This document shows, piece by piece, positions 28,912 to 41,535 of a stretch of 64,000 nucleotides of DNA. The notes below the pieces were generated by a model. That model searched no databases and was not told the DNA's origin. It worked only from the letters and a program-made list of their open reading frames with translations. Position numbers and translations under genes: made by a program. Within the stretch, counting starts at the first letter, position 1. Every line of letters begins with the position of its first letter. This DNA is from Paraspadella gotoi (lineage: Eukaryota; Animalia; Chaetognatha): assembly GCA_051294375.1 (NCBI GenBank), contig CM119266.1:22484680-22548679 (forward strand). The letters are read 5' to 3'.

Positions 28912-30307
28912 CTGGAGAGTTTTAAATAAAAGGTTGGAATGTTTGGTGAAGAAGTTTTTTACCAAGTAAATTTTAAAACAACATTTTAAATCAATTAAAA
29001 ACTGAAATCTAGAAGGAAATAAATAAATTAATTAATTCATCGTTTTTTAATTACTATATAATTAGAATTTTAATGTGAGTTGTAGAAACTTATTTTCAAT
29101 CAAGTTCTTTGTTTCCTCTATAATCGATGTTCATCTGTTTCCCTTTTCTCACTTGAGCTGCCGCCGCCGCTGCTGCTGCCGCGGAGTGGTGGGGATGAAG
29201 GACCGAGTCTGGTGCCTCCGCCGCCATCCTGTGATGGGATTGGGACCCGAGGGCGTGATTCGGGTTGAGGACTTGCATGGGGTGATGGACGGCCCCGTGA
29301 TGTCCGTTGGCCTGAGGGCCTCCACCCCCTCCGCCCATGTGGTGGGGATGGTGACCGTGGTGAGGGTGGGCTCCGTTGGGTGGCTGCTGTTGCTCCGCGG
29401 GGTGGGGCATGGACAAGTGAGCGCCGTGAGGCCCCATCGGGTTGTTGGCGCCGGCGGGGCCGCAGTTGGCGCCCTGCAGCTCGTTGCCGCAATAGCCCTC
29501 CATCATTGGAGGCATGCAGTTGGAGCGGTAGTGATCTTCTTCGGTCATGCCGGCGTACATCTGCTGGTTTCCGTCGTAATACCCGTTAGAGTCCGGGTAT
29601 CCGCCGCCGCCACCGTAATGGCCGTAGTTCATCATGTGATCACCGGGGCCGTAGTAGCCCTTTAAGTCGCCACCACCTCCACCTGGCCCTCCGTGGTGGT
29701 GGTGAGGGCCGAAGCCGCCGCCTCCCAATTCGTTTTGACCCAACGGACCTCCCAGGGCCACGCCTACCGGACCCCCGCCACCCGACCCACGTGACATTTC
29801 TTCGTTGTCCCCTAACGGGAAAATAGGAAAGTTTTTTGCCTTTCTTACGAGAAAAAGTTAGGGGAGAGGAAAAGAGATTTGATTATCGGTTTCTTTTACT
29901 TTTCAGTACAATGATAATTATCTCATTTTATTCCACTTTCAGTCAATGACAGTAAAATAAAAATTTAAATTTTATAACTAACAATTCTAACCTGCGCCAC
30001 TGCTTTGTAGCAGCTGCCGTTCCTCCTCGTCGCTGCTGCTGCCGCTGCTCAGACCGCCAACGCTGCTGTTGCTGCTGTAACTGGGAAAAATCCATAGGAT
30101 CAATCATAGTCTTAATTGAAAAATTCTAAAAACTAATACATTTATTGATTTTATATCTAAAGTAAACTACGTAGTAGTAAATTACTAAATGTAATAAAAA
30201 CTTATCAAGAAATTTTACCTCTGATTACAACTTGCTAAAGCAGCAGCCGCCTTGACTGCTGCATTCGCGGCGGTCGACGCAGCCGGATTTTGCTGAAGCT
30301 GGATCAT
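28767..30307 (-). CDS. Hox3: Hox paralog group 3 homeobox gene, 5' portion (4 coding exons, 982 nt, 327 codons; homeobox exon not found in window)
   Basis: Exons 30219-30307, 29992-30080, 29153-29811 and 28767-28911 splice through GT-AG introns of 138, 180 and 241 bp with matching phases (2, 1, 0) into one open frame. The frame ends in PKEIYPWMRESRQNSKQKMA followed by a phase-1 donor. YPWM plus (K/R)ESRQN(S/T)KQ is the PG3-specific hexapeptide context (compare vertebrate HoxA3 IFPWMKESRQNTKQK). Confidence 0.92.
29153..29811 (-). CDS. Hox3: Hox3 coding exon 3 (Gly/His/Pro/Ala-rich N-terminal region)
   Basis: Acceptor ttttcccgttag| gives GDNEE-MSRGSGGG in the frame of ORF 29096..29797; donor CAA|GTGAGA after the poly-Ala run; low-complexity composition typical of transcription factors. 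Confidence 0.88.
29992..30080 (-). CDS. Hox3: Hox3 coding exon 2 (SYSSNSSVGGLSSGSSSDEEERQLLQSSGA)
   Basis: Acceptor tttttcccag| and donor CAG|GTTAGA; 89-nt GC-rich island between AT-rich introns; phases fit both neighbouring exons. Confidence 0.75.
30219..30307 (-). CDS. Hox3: Hox3 putative coding exon 1 (MIQLQQNPAASTAANAAVKAAAALASCNQ)
   Basis: ATG at 30307-30305; donor AG|GTAAAA at 30218; phase 2 joins exon 2 in frame. The start codon is inferred. Confidence 0.7.
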
Positions 30308-30899
30308 GGGCTTTTTTTTGTCTTTTGGTTTAAGAAAATCCCGCTAGAGGCGGAATCGGTCGAACCCGAGTGAAGATTCGAAACAGAAGAACAGCGGTGG
30401 AGAGCAGTCGGAATTTTTTTTCGTAGTACTTCGTTGGAAGTTTTAAAGATATTATTTTCGTTGAATCGCAATAATTAAATTATTGTTGGCAATCGTAGAT
30501 TATCAGTCTTAGCGTGTCCAAACTTTTGCTGGTTCTTAATGCCAGGAGAGAAGAGGTACAAGATTTTTCTGTTAATTTCAACAGGAGCAAAGTTTCTCAA
30601 AGGTTTTCTCGAAAAAACTTGATGAATCGAATATCGAAGGTGATTAACTTTCTTTTTTTTTAAATTTTCGATTTTTTTTCGATTTGATGTTGTCTCTTTT
30701 TCGTCGTCTTCGAAATGATAAAAAAAAAGTGAGGAGAAATAAATTATCTTATCTTGATCTTCTTTTTTTTTCTCGATTAATTCGACGATGTCGTTATTCT
30801 CTCGCTAATTCGACAACATCGACAACGACGACTTTTATTTTATTTTCTTTATCTTTCTTTCTTTTAAAGAACGAGAGAGAGACAGAGACGACTGGCTCG

Positions 30900-31080
30900 T
30901 TCTTATCAGCGCTCACGTCAAAAAAAAAAGTCCCCGGCGTCGACGTGGATTCGCTCAGCCACCCTGAGCGGCGATTGGGAGATTTTTGGAGTGCTGGGGG
31001 GTGGTAGAAAGGGTAGAATGGGGTGTTTCCAAAGAGGGCAGAGGGACCGTTCATAAGGCAGCGGAGAGCTCGATTGGAGG
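30900..31080 (-). promoter_or_regulatory. Candidate Hox3 proximal promoter
   Basis: On the minus strand: two CCAAT boxes (30974-30978, 31073-31077), a CRE-like TGACGTGA (30913-30920) and GATAAG (30902-30907), 600-770 bp upstream of the ATG. Motif evidence only. Confidence 0.3.
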
Positions 31081-31154
31081 ATGCAAGCATTCGTTCCCTC
31101 TGACGAAGTGTTCGAGAGTGGCCAGAATATCAGCGTCGCGGTTCTTTCTTTCTT

Positions 31155-32230
31155 TTTTTCTGAATTTCGGGTGCTGGCGTTTCGCCTACGTCTGCAAGGT
31201 AAAGAGTACTTGGCGGGACAACGAGAAGGAAAGTCCGCGCAATAAATTTTTGTTGGTCCACGAAGAAGATGATCCTGTAATTAATAATATATAATCAAAA
31301 AATGTAACTTGAAGTTGTTTTTTTTTTTAGGACAAAACAGAATGACAAACTAAAAAAACCTATTATTTCATAGTGATGATAATAAATAAGCATTATCTAA
31401 ACTAACGTTCTTTTAAATAGATAAAAAAAATATAATAATAAAACACTCAAACATCTTGTTTTTTTGGTTTCCTCGCTCCAAACGTCATGTTTTTAACGAA
31501 GCGATCGACGGAGCGAATCGATCGCTAGATCACTGCTCCTGGCCTCAAAACCCGCGATGACGCTAAGAGACGCAGGAGGTCGAAGTTGCTTAGGAGGGTG
31601 AAAGGTGGCGGTGGGCGCATGAGGGTGGGATGGTTGGAGTGGAAAGCGGTCTAGGAATTGGCAATGGGCGTGGGATCTTTAGAATTAAGGATCTCTCTTC
31701 TTTTTNNNNNNNNNNNNNNNNNNNNNNNNNTTTTTTTTCGAATTTCGGTGGGCGTTTCGCTACGTCTGAAGGTAAAGAGTCTTGGCGGGAAACGAGAAGG
31801 GAAAGTCGCGCAGATAAATTTTTTGTTGTCCAGAAGAAGATGACCTGAAAATAAAACAAAAAATGTAACTGATAGTTTTTTTGTTTTTTTTTAAGGAAAA
31901 CAGAATGGCAAAACTAAAAAAACCTATATTCAAGTGAGATAATAAAAAGATTATCAAAACAATTCTTTAAAAATAAAAAAATATAATATATATAATATCC
32001 TCAAACAGCTGTTTGCGTTCTCGTCAAACGTCATGTTTTTAACGATAGGATCGACGGACTGCGAATCGATCGCTAGGACATGTCCTGCCTCAAAACCCGG
32101 ATGACGCTAGACGAGATCCTAAGGTAGGGAAGTTGAATTAGAGGGTTGTGGGTGGCGAGAGGGTGGGAGTGGTTGGAGTGGAAAGGGTCATAGAATTGGC
32201 AATGTGGGTGGGATCTTTAGAATTAAGGAG
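31155..32230. other. Probable assembly artefact: ~520-bp duplication around the 25-N gap at 31706-31730
   Basis: 31155-31690 is repeated at 31731-32230 with indel-dominated differences. Confidence 0.8.
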
Positions 32231-34899
32231 AATTAAATCGTTAATTATTTAGCTATTAATTGAACCACAAATAAACATGATCATTTACTAATGTAAAATA
32301 TTAATATTAAACCTTTTAGGCAATAGAACAAAAATTAATCAAGCCTTAATCAAAATACGACAATATGCAAATGAAATNNNNNNNNNNNNNNNNNNNNNNN
32401 NNNNNNNNNNNNNNNNNNNNNNNNNNNNNNNNNNNNNNNNNNNNNNNNNNNNNNNNNNNNNNNNNNNNNNNNNNNNNNNNNNNNNNNNNNNNNNNNNNNN
32501 NNNNNNNNNNNNNNNNNNNNNNNNNNNNNNNNNNNNNNNNNNNNNNNNNNNNNNNNNNNNNNNNNNNNNNNNNNNNNNNNNNNNNNNNNNNNNNNNNNNN
32601 NNNNNNNNNNNNNNNNNNNNNNNNNNNNNNNNNNNNNNNNNNNNNNNNNNNNNNNNNNNNNNNNNNNNNNNNNNNNNNNNNNNNNNNNNNNNNNNNNNNN
32701 NNNNNNNNNNNNNNNNNNNNNNNNNNNNNNNNNNNNNNNNNNNNNNNNNNNNNNNNNNNNNNNNNNNNNNNNNNNNNNNNNNNNNNNNNNNNNAATTAAA
32801 TTGGCTTTTATTAGAAGGTGACAAACTTAAAACGCCACATGCCCCAAACCCTCTTTAGTGCAGACATATTTCAATGCAACTAATTATGCTTCACTTACTT
32901 ATTATTGTCGCCTCGCCGCGAGAGGTCTTCTGAGTTTAACAAGTAAGGATACCCGATCTAAAATGGCGTCGTAATATTTTTGAGCGGACGTCAACTCGGC
33001 GTGGACGTCGTCCGAACGGAAGTCGTCGTCCGTCGCGGAATGAATTTGGATCGACGCATCTTAAAAGGCGAAGGGTGGGGACTCAGTGGACGAGAGGTTG
33101 GATGTCCTTGAAGTTGAGACGCCAGGGAAACGAACGAATCTGTGGATGAGATAAGGAAGAGAAAGTTGTAAAAAAAGAATCTCGGAGAAGTAATACACTG
33201 ATATAATTAAAGCAAATGCTCTTTATTTTATGTTATCAAAGGCGACAACGAAAAATAAAAATTCATAGTGCGAAATTGTTATTCTAAACTTCGAACGACT
33301 GAGAATCTGAAAGTCAAGAATCACATCGACAGTCGTGAAATCAAAAGTTTGAGTCGCGTCGATTCGTCATCGCCGTCGGTGTCGCCATCGTCGATACGAT
33401 GAGCTCATCTATCAACGTTGGAGAAAAAAAAAAAAGATCAATCGAAATACGTATAATAACTCGGCAAATAAGTATTATTAGAATCAGAAAGTAAATTCAA
33501 ATAATTAGAGTATGTTTATGTTTCTCTTGTTTATGTTTTCTAATTGTTTCGGACCAAGGAGACGGTCAAAAAGGAGAGGAAGACGACAAAAATTTTATTT
33601 AAAATAGGAAAAAAAAACAAATTCGTAAAAACACGAACATAAAATTTGAACGTTAATCTTTCTCGCGTAAAGCGAAATGAAAAGAAAAATAATGTCCGAA
33701 ATAAAATCGTACGAACGACAGAAGGAAGTAGACACGGATCCAGATTCCCGATTCGAACACGAAAAGAAATATGTTTAAATTCGCACCAATTAGGGTTTTA
33801 ATGCTAATTTATGACCGTCTGGGTCCGGGAGTAAATCAACCTACACGAGGACGACGACGACGACGACGAAAACGACGACGACGTCTAAGTTTGATGTATC
33901 TTTCCAGCGTCTACTAAATAGAGCCTAACTAAGCAAGCGAAACAAAATATATGATTTTAATAGGCGTCCCGAGAGTGGGACTATAATTCAAGAAGCCAAG
34001 CTGGATGAAAATATATCGCTATGCGTTCGAGTTTTGATGTTGTAATGAGAATTGCGCTCACGTCAATCTCGGAACTAACTAACTGTATTGAATTAAGCTT
34101 AANNNNNNNNNNNNNNNNNNNNNNNNNTTGACCATGTTTAAATAATTTTAACCCATGCGTATTAGAAATATCTTAATTTCACAATCTATCTATATCTTAA
34201 AAATACAGAAGGTACAGAGATAAGGGGTAGAAGCATAACCGGCATCCGCTAGATTTTAAATAAATAAAAAAAAAAAAACGCATTATCAAGTTTAGCTTTT
34301 TTACCACGATCGTTTCCGTCAACCGTAACTGGTTTCAATCTGAGGGATATATAAGCAATCTTAAAAAAAAAACATTTTAAAATTATTGAAAAAAGTCCTG
34401 ATGTTCGGAGAATCAGAAAATAAAAAAGATGTGTAGCGTCAGGAACAACGAAATTTGACAAGAACACACGACGTCCAATGACGAGGCGCGGATAAAGATA
34501 AAAAAAGAGTGCGAATCTTCAGTATCACGAAAACCGCCACAAAAAGTCCTCGCGTCTTTGTCAATTTTGTCCTTGCCCTGCAGGTGAGAAGTTAAAGGGG
34601 ACACGTTTAATGAATTGAGAAACCGAACGAACCTGACATGTGTTCGTCGTCTGTGTGGCGTCGGTGCGTCGTCCGTCGGTGGATGGAGAGAATTTTGAGT
34701 GTATCCAACGGCAGATAGGAGAAACCTTGACGGGGCCATTGACAATTGTTGCCGTCCTCCGCGAAATCTCCGATCTCTCTTATCCTGTCAACCCGGGTTC
34801 GACGAAAAAGGAGGAAGGAAGCAGAGACCGGAAACCTCAAAGATTTTAGTGGTTAAGACGAGAGAGAGAGAATAGAGAGAGATGAGAAGAGAGAGTAAG

Positions 34900-37800
34900 G
34901 AGGGCACAAAGGGCGGCTTGACTAGCGGCACGACGCAACCCGCGCATCCCGCGCCTGGTCCGCCCTCACGGCTTCCTCGTCGCGCGACATCGCGGAGAGA
35001 GAGGCTCCGCCCATACCTCCGCCGACTACCGGAGCGAGAGCGGCACTCCTCTCGGGAAAGACGCCACTAACGACTTCCCTTAACGCCGCTGAATCCGTTG
35101 GCCTTCCTGGCGCCTCCCACGCCGGGCGCTCGAACGCCCTTGACAGTCACTCGGCCAGTCGGACATCGAATTCCGAGCGAATTCACGCACTCGAAGGAGC
35201 GCCGTCGAGCCCTCCAGTTGTCCAACACTGCTTCACTAACGAGTGGTTTCGGTGCACGCTCATTCTTAAAAAGTAAATCCTGTTGATGGAGACGAACACA
35301 ATCGGCGCGAGCGGAGAGTAGATTTTATACTGTAATCAGTATGCAAAAATGAAATCGAGATGTATATATATTCTCATTTTTCTTTAACAAAAAGGTTCAG
35401 CTCTTTTGTAAGTTACGTAATGTTTTGAGAATGCTTAGAATAAAAAAACTGAGGAATAAGAATCATAATAATACAGAACCCGACACTGGCAATCATAATC
35501 ATAATCACGTGATCTGTATGAGAAAAAGAAGGTTAATGAAAGACGAATGATAATTAATGGAAATTACTCTGAATATAAGTAAAGTTTTGTATTTATAAAC
35601 AATGAACCACATACATTTGTTTCCATTCGAATTTGGCAGAGAAGATTGTCCAACAAAACGTTGTGTTACTCCTCTTCAGAGCGACCCATTTCGATGCAGG
35701 CTTCCAAAGACTGGCAAACCACGCTGGAAAAATGCTGCTCCTCTGCACCGAATGTTCACGCCTGTTTTTCAAAAATAGGTCACCTGTCAAAGGAGGAGCG
35801 ATGCGACGATAGAGAATTTTCGGCCTCTCAAATCCGCCAAGTCTCCCTCTCAGTCAGCTCCAATGTTGTCGAAATCTTTCTTTTTGGCAAGAGTATGTAT
35901 TTGTCATGCTTTAAACTGTGTTCAGGTCGCACTGTGGACAGCATAGCGCCGCCATTAACCGAAAGAGCGGTCTGCGAACGATGATGGACGACGACGAAGA
36001 CGACGAGGATGACGAAGATGCGAACAATCCCGAAGGAGGAAAGAAAGAAGGAAACGCGAAAGACGGAGAAGACGGGAGAAGTTTCAGCTCTTTCGATACG
36101 ACCGGTAAGGAGAATCAACGATGTCTTTCTTTTCTTTTCTCATTTCACAGTTTTTCCTCTCGCGATTCCAGTTTCTATGAGCGACCTGAAAGAGAAGGCG
36201 GCACACTTGGATCGACGACATGTCTTCCGATGCTCAAAAGAAGAGGAGCGTGAGTCGCCGCGACGAAAGAAGCGAGGCGATATATCGAGGTAGAGAAGAG
36301 AGTGGAAGAAGTCGAATCTCTCGATGTCGCGATGAACAATAATCATTCAACCTTATTGCTTGAAAGTGTCATTCTGCTCATGTATTACCTAGACGCCCGC
36401 TTCCTCAAAAAATGAGATGTCCGAGTGCGCCGAAGATGCTGCCTTCGCGACGCCGATTTCCAAACGGAATCCACGAAAGATTCTGACGAATGACACGAAG
36501 CGCCAATGGTTCAACGTCAGCTTGGTAACGCATCCACCTCCGTCAGAGGGTCTTGTCAATGAGACGCCGCGGCCGACGAGACCTAGGAAGTTTCCTTCAA
36601 CGGCCTCCTGCCGTCACCTATGTCGGCCATCCTCATCTTATTCGACTTACCCTTACCCTTATTCTCATTTACCCACTACCTTATTACTATCAACGCGGCG
36701 GCACATCCTGGCGGACGCCTCCTGCCGCGCTTCTCTCCAACCCGTTGCCACGGGTGGGAAATAATTATAATAATAATGATAATCATTATAATTACATCAA
36801 TAATCAGCTCACTGTAATAATTATATATATATAATATATATATAATATAGATTTAATTACTTAAAACTTCAAATCGCGTAACTTACTTTATTAGGACCGC
36901 CTTCCACCACCAATTGGGACCACCTTGCTGTCTAACCGGCCTCTCCAAGACCTGACGAACTAGTCGACTTCGTGCTTCGACCACCATCGTTTCTTCACCG
37001 TCCGCCGCAGCATATGACATCGAGGCATCCGTCTCATCCGAGATTCCATCTATCCTCCCGTTCTGTTCCGGGACATCCTAGGGACCACATTGCTGAACTT
37101 CCCACCCGGTTCGGTCCTGGTCATCCATCAGTTCGGTACCATTCAACCTGTGAGCGGCAAATCCGCGGAACGACCAGCCAATCATCCCGGGAGCTCTTAC
37201 ATGGACATGCCACCGGAGCTATCCCTGGTCTCCGCCTGGGTACAATCGCGGTTCAACATCTCCAGACAATACCTGGTTCACACCGACACTGCATCTGTTC
37301 ACATGGTTATCCTCCAGGCCATCCGCCACGAGGTGAATGGGCGGAAAGACCTGGACATCTCACCGCGCCGGCGTCCACTCCGTAGATTGAATTGTTAATT
37401 ATATAATACTTCTCCGGTTTTTATTCTCGGGTAACTTTAATGAATCAAAAATTCCGCCTTAGTTCTCGCTCCATCCGGCCGCCTCTAAGCCAACGACAAT
37501 GGGGCCGCCCTCTACGCTTCTGCATTGAGGACGTATCGGACGCGGACCACACACAACGACTTGCTACTTTGGCGGCTGGTAAGATTATTTTTCAGCCGAG
37601 TAATTTTTTTTAGAGACATAAAATGTATTCACTCTTGTAAGTTCCACAATATTCTCTCAGGGTCTATTCCGCAACCGTGGCCCTGCCTCGACGACGGCCG
37701 AAACTCGTCGGCCATGCATCCTAACTCCCGCCGGGTCATCCGTACAGCGCCTACCCTCCCCACGCCTACTACGCACCCTCATTTGTATCCTTACTACCAT

Positions 37801-40800
37801 CCGAATGCTCTGTCCACCTTGCCCGGGGCCATCGCCGCCCTACGCCGATCTCACCCACGCGACTTCCACCGCCGCTGGACCTCCGCCGAGTCTTCACGGC
37901 GCCTTTGGTCGGCCGCTGGATCCATCAGGAGTGCCGCCGGCGTCGGCACTTCCGTCACTTCGTCCATCTCTCATCAAATTCCGACGGAGGGAGGCGGGCT
38001 GCCGCCGCCTGCGACTGGAAGACAGAACCCGGCCTTCCGCCATGGACCATCAAGCCGGCGGGACCACGCTCCCTTGATCCGGGGCGCAGTATGGTGCCTC
38101 GCAGCCCGCGACTGGCCGACGAAGTGTCGTCATCAAACGAAACCGGCGTCGCCAAGCAAGGAGCCTGCTCAAACTGGAGCACGCCGCCGTTGCTGTCCGC
38201 CGAGTAAAGGGTTATATACGAATATACGGTTGTGACTGTTGGTTTGTGACAGTCTGTAGACATATAACTTTCTATAAACTTTTTGAATTTATTTTTAAAC
38301 TAATTTTTATATGAGGTTTAATTTCTTTTAAAATATCAAAATCAATTATCAATCTCCGTTAAATATAAATTTGTCTTACTTTCAGAACAATACAGATATA
38401 TATTTAGAGTAACCAGTGTCGGGGTTTTTTACATGAGTCCTGTATGCATTAAGCGTCCATACTAGTGTATATTTCTTTTCAGACCTTCAAGCAGAAATCA
38501 AGGCTCGAGCCAGGGGTTTCCGCGAGAACCGACCACGTCGACGACGAGGGTCCCCCATCTCCGCCGCGATCTCCTCGCCGCCCGGTCCAGCCGACCAATT
38601 CTGAGATTCCATCGATCGCCAGCCGCATCTTCGTAAGACGAGGTTCCGTGGCCAGAAGCAGCGCACGTGCTCCACGAACCGACTTTGAGTTTGGGTGGCC
38701 CGTTTCAAGGCTCTAAGTTGGCTCAAAGGAGGAGCGAAGCGCAGTAATGAGGATCTGCGTAGGGGACTTGGATTTGTCTTGTTCAGCAATCAGCATTTTT
38801 TTATACATTTCAAAACTGTTAAAATTGCTAATGAACTCTTGTACAGGAAAAAATTCACGGACGAGATTCCATGGTCAAAGATCGCGTCCAGCAGATCAAA
38901 AGACTTCTCAAGGACAGCAAAGTAACATCTAATCTCCAGTTATTTTGCACGTAAATGAATTTAGTGCCGGCGTTTTTCCCCTTTCATTTTTCCATTTGTA
39001 TTGATTGATTGTAATAATGAATTATTAATTTAAATTTTTAGGATAGCCGTCCTACGATTCCGATCCTTACATGCGACCGCAAAGAGGAACGAAAAAGGAA
39101 ATGATGGCCACAGCCCATGACAATCGATCGCACGACGGACGCTCCGAGATCCCGTCGGGCATGCAGCGCTTCTCCTCGCCCGGCTCCGCTCGAGCCCCCC
39201 ACGCTTTAAGGACCGCCCAACAGCGCCGCGCAGCAGCGCTGCCGCCGCTTCATCCTCTCCGGTTTTACATACCCGTGTTCCGCGGGACGCCCATAGTGGG
39301 GGGCCCGTCCTTTCCTCCAGGAGCTTCCACATCCCGGTAAACGGCAAAACTTTGCTTAATAAAAAAAATAAAAAAACAAATTCTTTTGAAAGTTGAGAGG
39401 GGTCCTAGAAATTTTTTGCCGTTTATAGCCTGGATATTCCTTTCCATGCTACTCCAGCTTTGCCGTTCAACTGAGCGAGTACGCGCGCCCGCAACACCCG
39501 CCGTATCGGACCCGCCGGCGTTTCAGTATCGATTCCAAGGCGAATCCCTAGAGAGCTTCTCGTTGGGTCATCAGGAGGTGTGTACCAAAATCATCGTAAT
39601 AGTAAGAAAAAGATCTTAATTCTCTACTTCCTTTGAGGTCCTCCAGTGGATCCGCTGATGCTGTAAGGTGGCCGTCCCGAGTATACCCACCCCAAGGATT
39701 CGGAACAGTTTGAGATGGAGTTGAACGAGACAACGAGAGAGAGACGCGAGGGAGAGAGAAATGCGCGAAGCCGGGAGTAGAGAGATCGAGCTGATGGACA
39801 AGAAGACAAGATTAGAGATGTCCGCCCGTGAGTTATTTTATTTATTCACAGATTATTAAATTAAAAAGATTTTTCCGTTTATTGGCTTGAATTAAACTCC
39901 CGCGCTTCCTTCGACGCCAGGTTTGGACTTCTTAACGAGCCCAGCACCTTGGCCGGCTGCCTCCGGTCACGTGGATCCCAATCTTTTGCATCTGCTCGCG
40001 CCTACGCGGAAGGCAGCGGCGCAAGCGGCGGCCCGGTCAAGACGCCCGATTCCCTCCGGGTGCCCCACCGGGATTGCCACCTGGTGAGAAATAAAAGGGA
40101 AATGACCGACGAATAATTTGTTGAGTTAACATATTTTAAAACAATTAAACGAAATAGATGTTTTAATCAATGGAAGATGTTAATTGGAAGTTGGCTTTTT
40201 TCGCAGGATTGCCTGCACAGCTGTACGGTGCCCATGTTGGGTCCTTCCGCATGAGACCCTCGACAATCAGCCGTTCCTCCCGGGGAACGGCCAGTTTCCC
40301 TCCCGGCCACCCGGCCGGCTGGCCTTTCCGCCATCCAAGGGGAACACGCTTCCGCTTCTTCGGTGAACGCCTCTCTGCCGAGCGACTGCAAGCCGAGAGA
40401 ATCGGCACTCGGCCCTTCACGTTCGTACTTCGCGACATCGATAAAGACATTAACTCTACTTCGCACGTCCCTCTCTTCGCACCACACGCGCAAATCTATC
40501 GGTTACATGTTTATTGTTTTCTTCCGTTTAGTTATTGATAGAGTTTGTGACTTACTTAAGCGAGCTTTAGTTTAGCTTGATCGCGCGTAATTTTTTTAAG
40601 TATTGAATTTACGACATCGAATTTCAGTCAATAAGTTTCTACCGCTTCTCCCCCCAAACCCATCAGCCTCTCCGGCGCACCCCCACACCCAATTACCACA
40701 GTAACGACGGCCGGATCTCGGCCTCCGCCCATCAGCTCACGCCCACGACGGCCTCTGCTCGCCTTCCGCTCTTCGGGGTCCTCTCAGCACCCGGTGCGCG

Positions 40801-41190
40801 CGCCCGCGGGGCCCCCGCGGAACTCCAGGTGGACCTCTTCGGAGGTTCACGGGGGTCCTCCGGTGGCCCTCCGGGTGGACCCCCTGGGGCCCTCCAGGTG
40901 GACCGCCAGGTGGGCCACCGTCTGTGGGCCCGCACCTCCATCCGACAACCTATCCATCTGTCAGCGTGCCACGTCAACGCATTGCCCAGGTGATTTGGTT
41001 CGGTTCCAAATAATTCTTTCAGGAAAAGTTAGAAATGGGTTTTCTTCTAAAATTACTTTGTATTTTTTTCTGCCTAGCACCTTCCACACGCATCCAGCAC
41101 ACCATTACACCTGGACGCCGCGGCGGGCCGCGCTGCCGCGTCGTTGCTTCGAGGCCGGCACCTGACTTCGAATTACCTGCCGCAAGGTAA
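34900..41190 (+). CDS. RERE: RERE / atrophin (Grunge) family transcriptional co-repressor, multi-exon and frameshifted in this assembly (sequencing error or pseudogene); ends approximate
   Basis: After removing single-base indels, collinear atrophin-family motifs appear: C-QHCFT (35219-35240); SKDW-HAGK-MLLLCTEC-RLFFKK-GHL (35703-35786, GATA-type zinc finger); PPSPPRSP...IFVR...RTDFEF..GSKLAQRR (38550-38735); TPAL-RQLSEYARPH (39451-39495); an RE-rich repeat (39715-39800); ERLSAERLQAER (40364-40400). GC-rich exons alternate with short AT-rich introns. Confidence 0.85.
35700..35892 (+). CDS. RERE: RERE exon encoding the second half of the GATA-type zinc finger
   Basis: Acceptor gatgcag| at 35699, then TCC AAA GAC TGG ... 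CTC TGC ACC GAA TGT ... CGC CTG TTT TTC AAA, resembling RERE [26 protein letters not shown]; candidate donor GTATGT at 35893. Confidence 0.75.
38484..38743 (+). CDS. RERE: RERE exon encoding the start of the conserved atrophin domain
   Basis: Acceptor ttcttttcag|; encodes DDEGPPSPPRSP...IFVR...RTDFEF...GSKLAQRRSE, comparable to atrophin PPRSPSPEP...SAIFVR...CARTDL.F.P..GSKLA.KREE. Confidence 0.78.
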
Positions 41191-41432
41191 CAAAAATCAG
41201 GTAACTATCCTTTTTGCTGGAATTGAAACTGTAATTAATTTTTTTGCTCGTGTTATTAGTATGTAGTCTTAAAGGCTTACTACATTCCATTTGCAAACCT
41301 AATGAATTTGAACGACGATAATTTTCAAATAAAATATAAGTCGAAAGGCAATAAGAAACAGGCCCTGGGCGGAAGATACCACACACTCACTCTTCGACAA
41401 CATTGGCATCGTTTCTCTCGACGCTATTGGAA

Positions 41433-41535
41433 GATGTCACTGACGTCAACCCAATCCCCGGATGTCACAGACGTCATCTCAACCCCCGGATGTCAATGAC
41501 GTCACCCCGGATGTTACTGACGTTACTCGACGTCA
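41433..41535. repeat. Degenerate minisatellite GATGTCACTGACGTCA..CCCCG, about 4 copies
   Basis: Visible repeat units with variable spacers, downstream of the last RERE-like exon. Confidence 0.7.

Noticed and set aside
29075-29665. 196-aa plus-strand ORF
   Set aside because: Antisense shadow of the GC-rich Hox3 exon 3.
32998-33043. AWTSSERK as a possible start of the RERE SANT domain
   Set aside because: A stop codon follows within a few codons and the F..GL..YGKNF pattern is absent.
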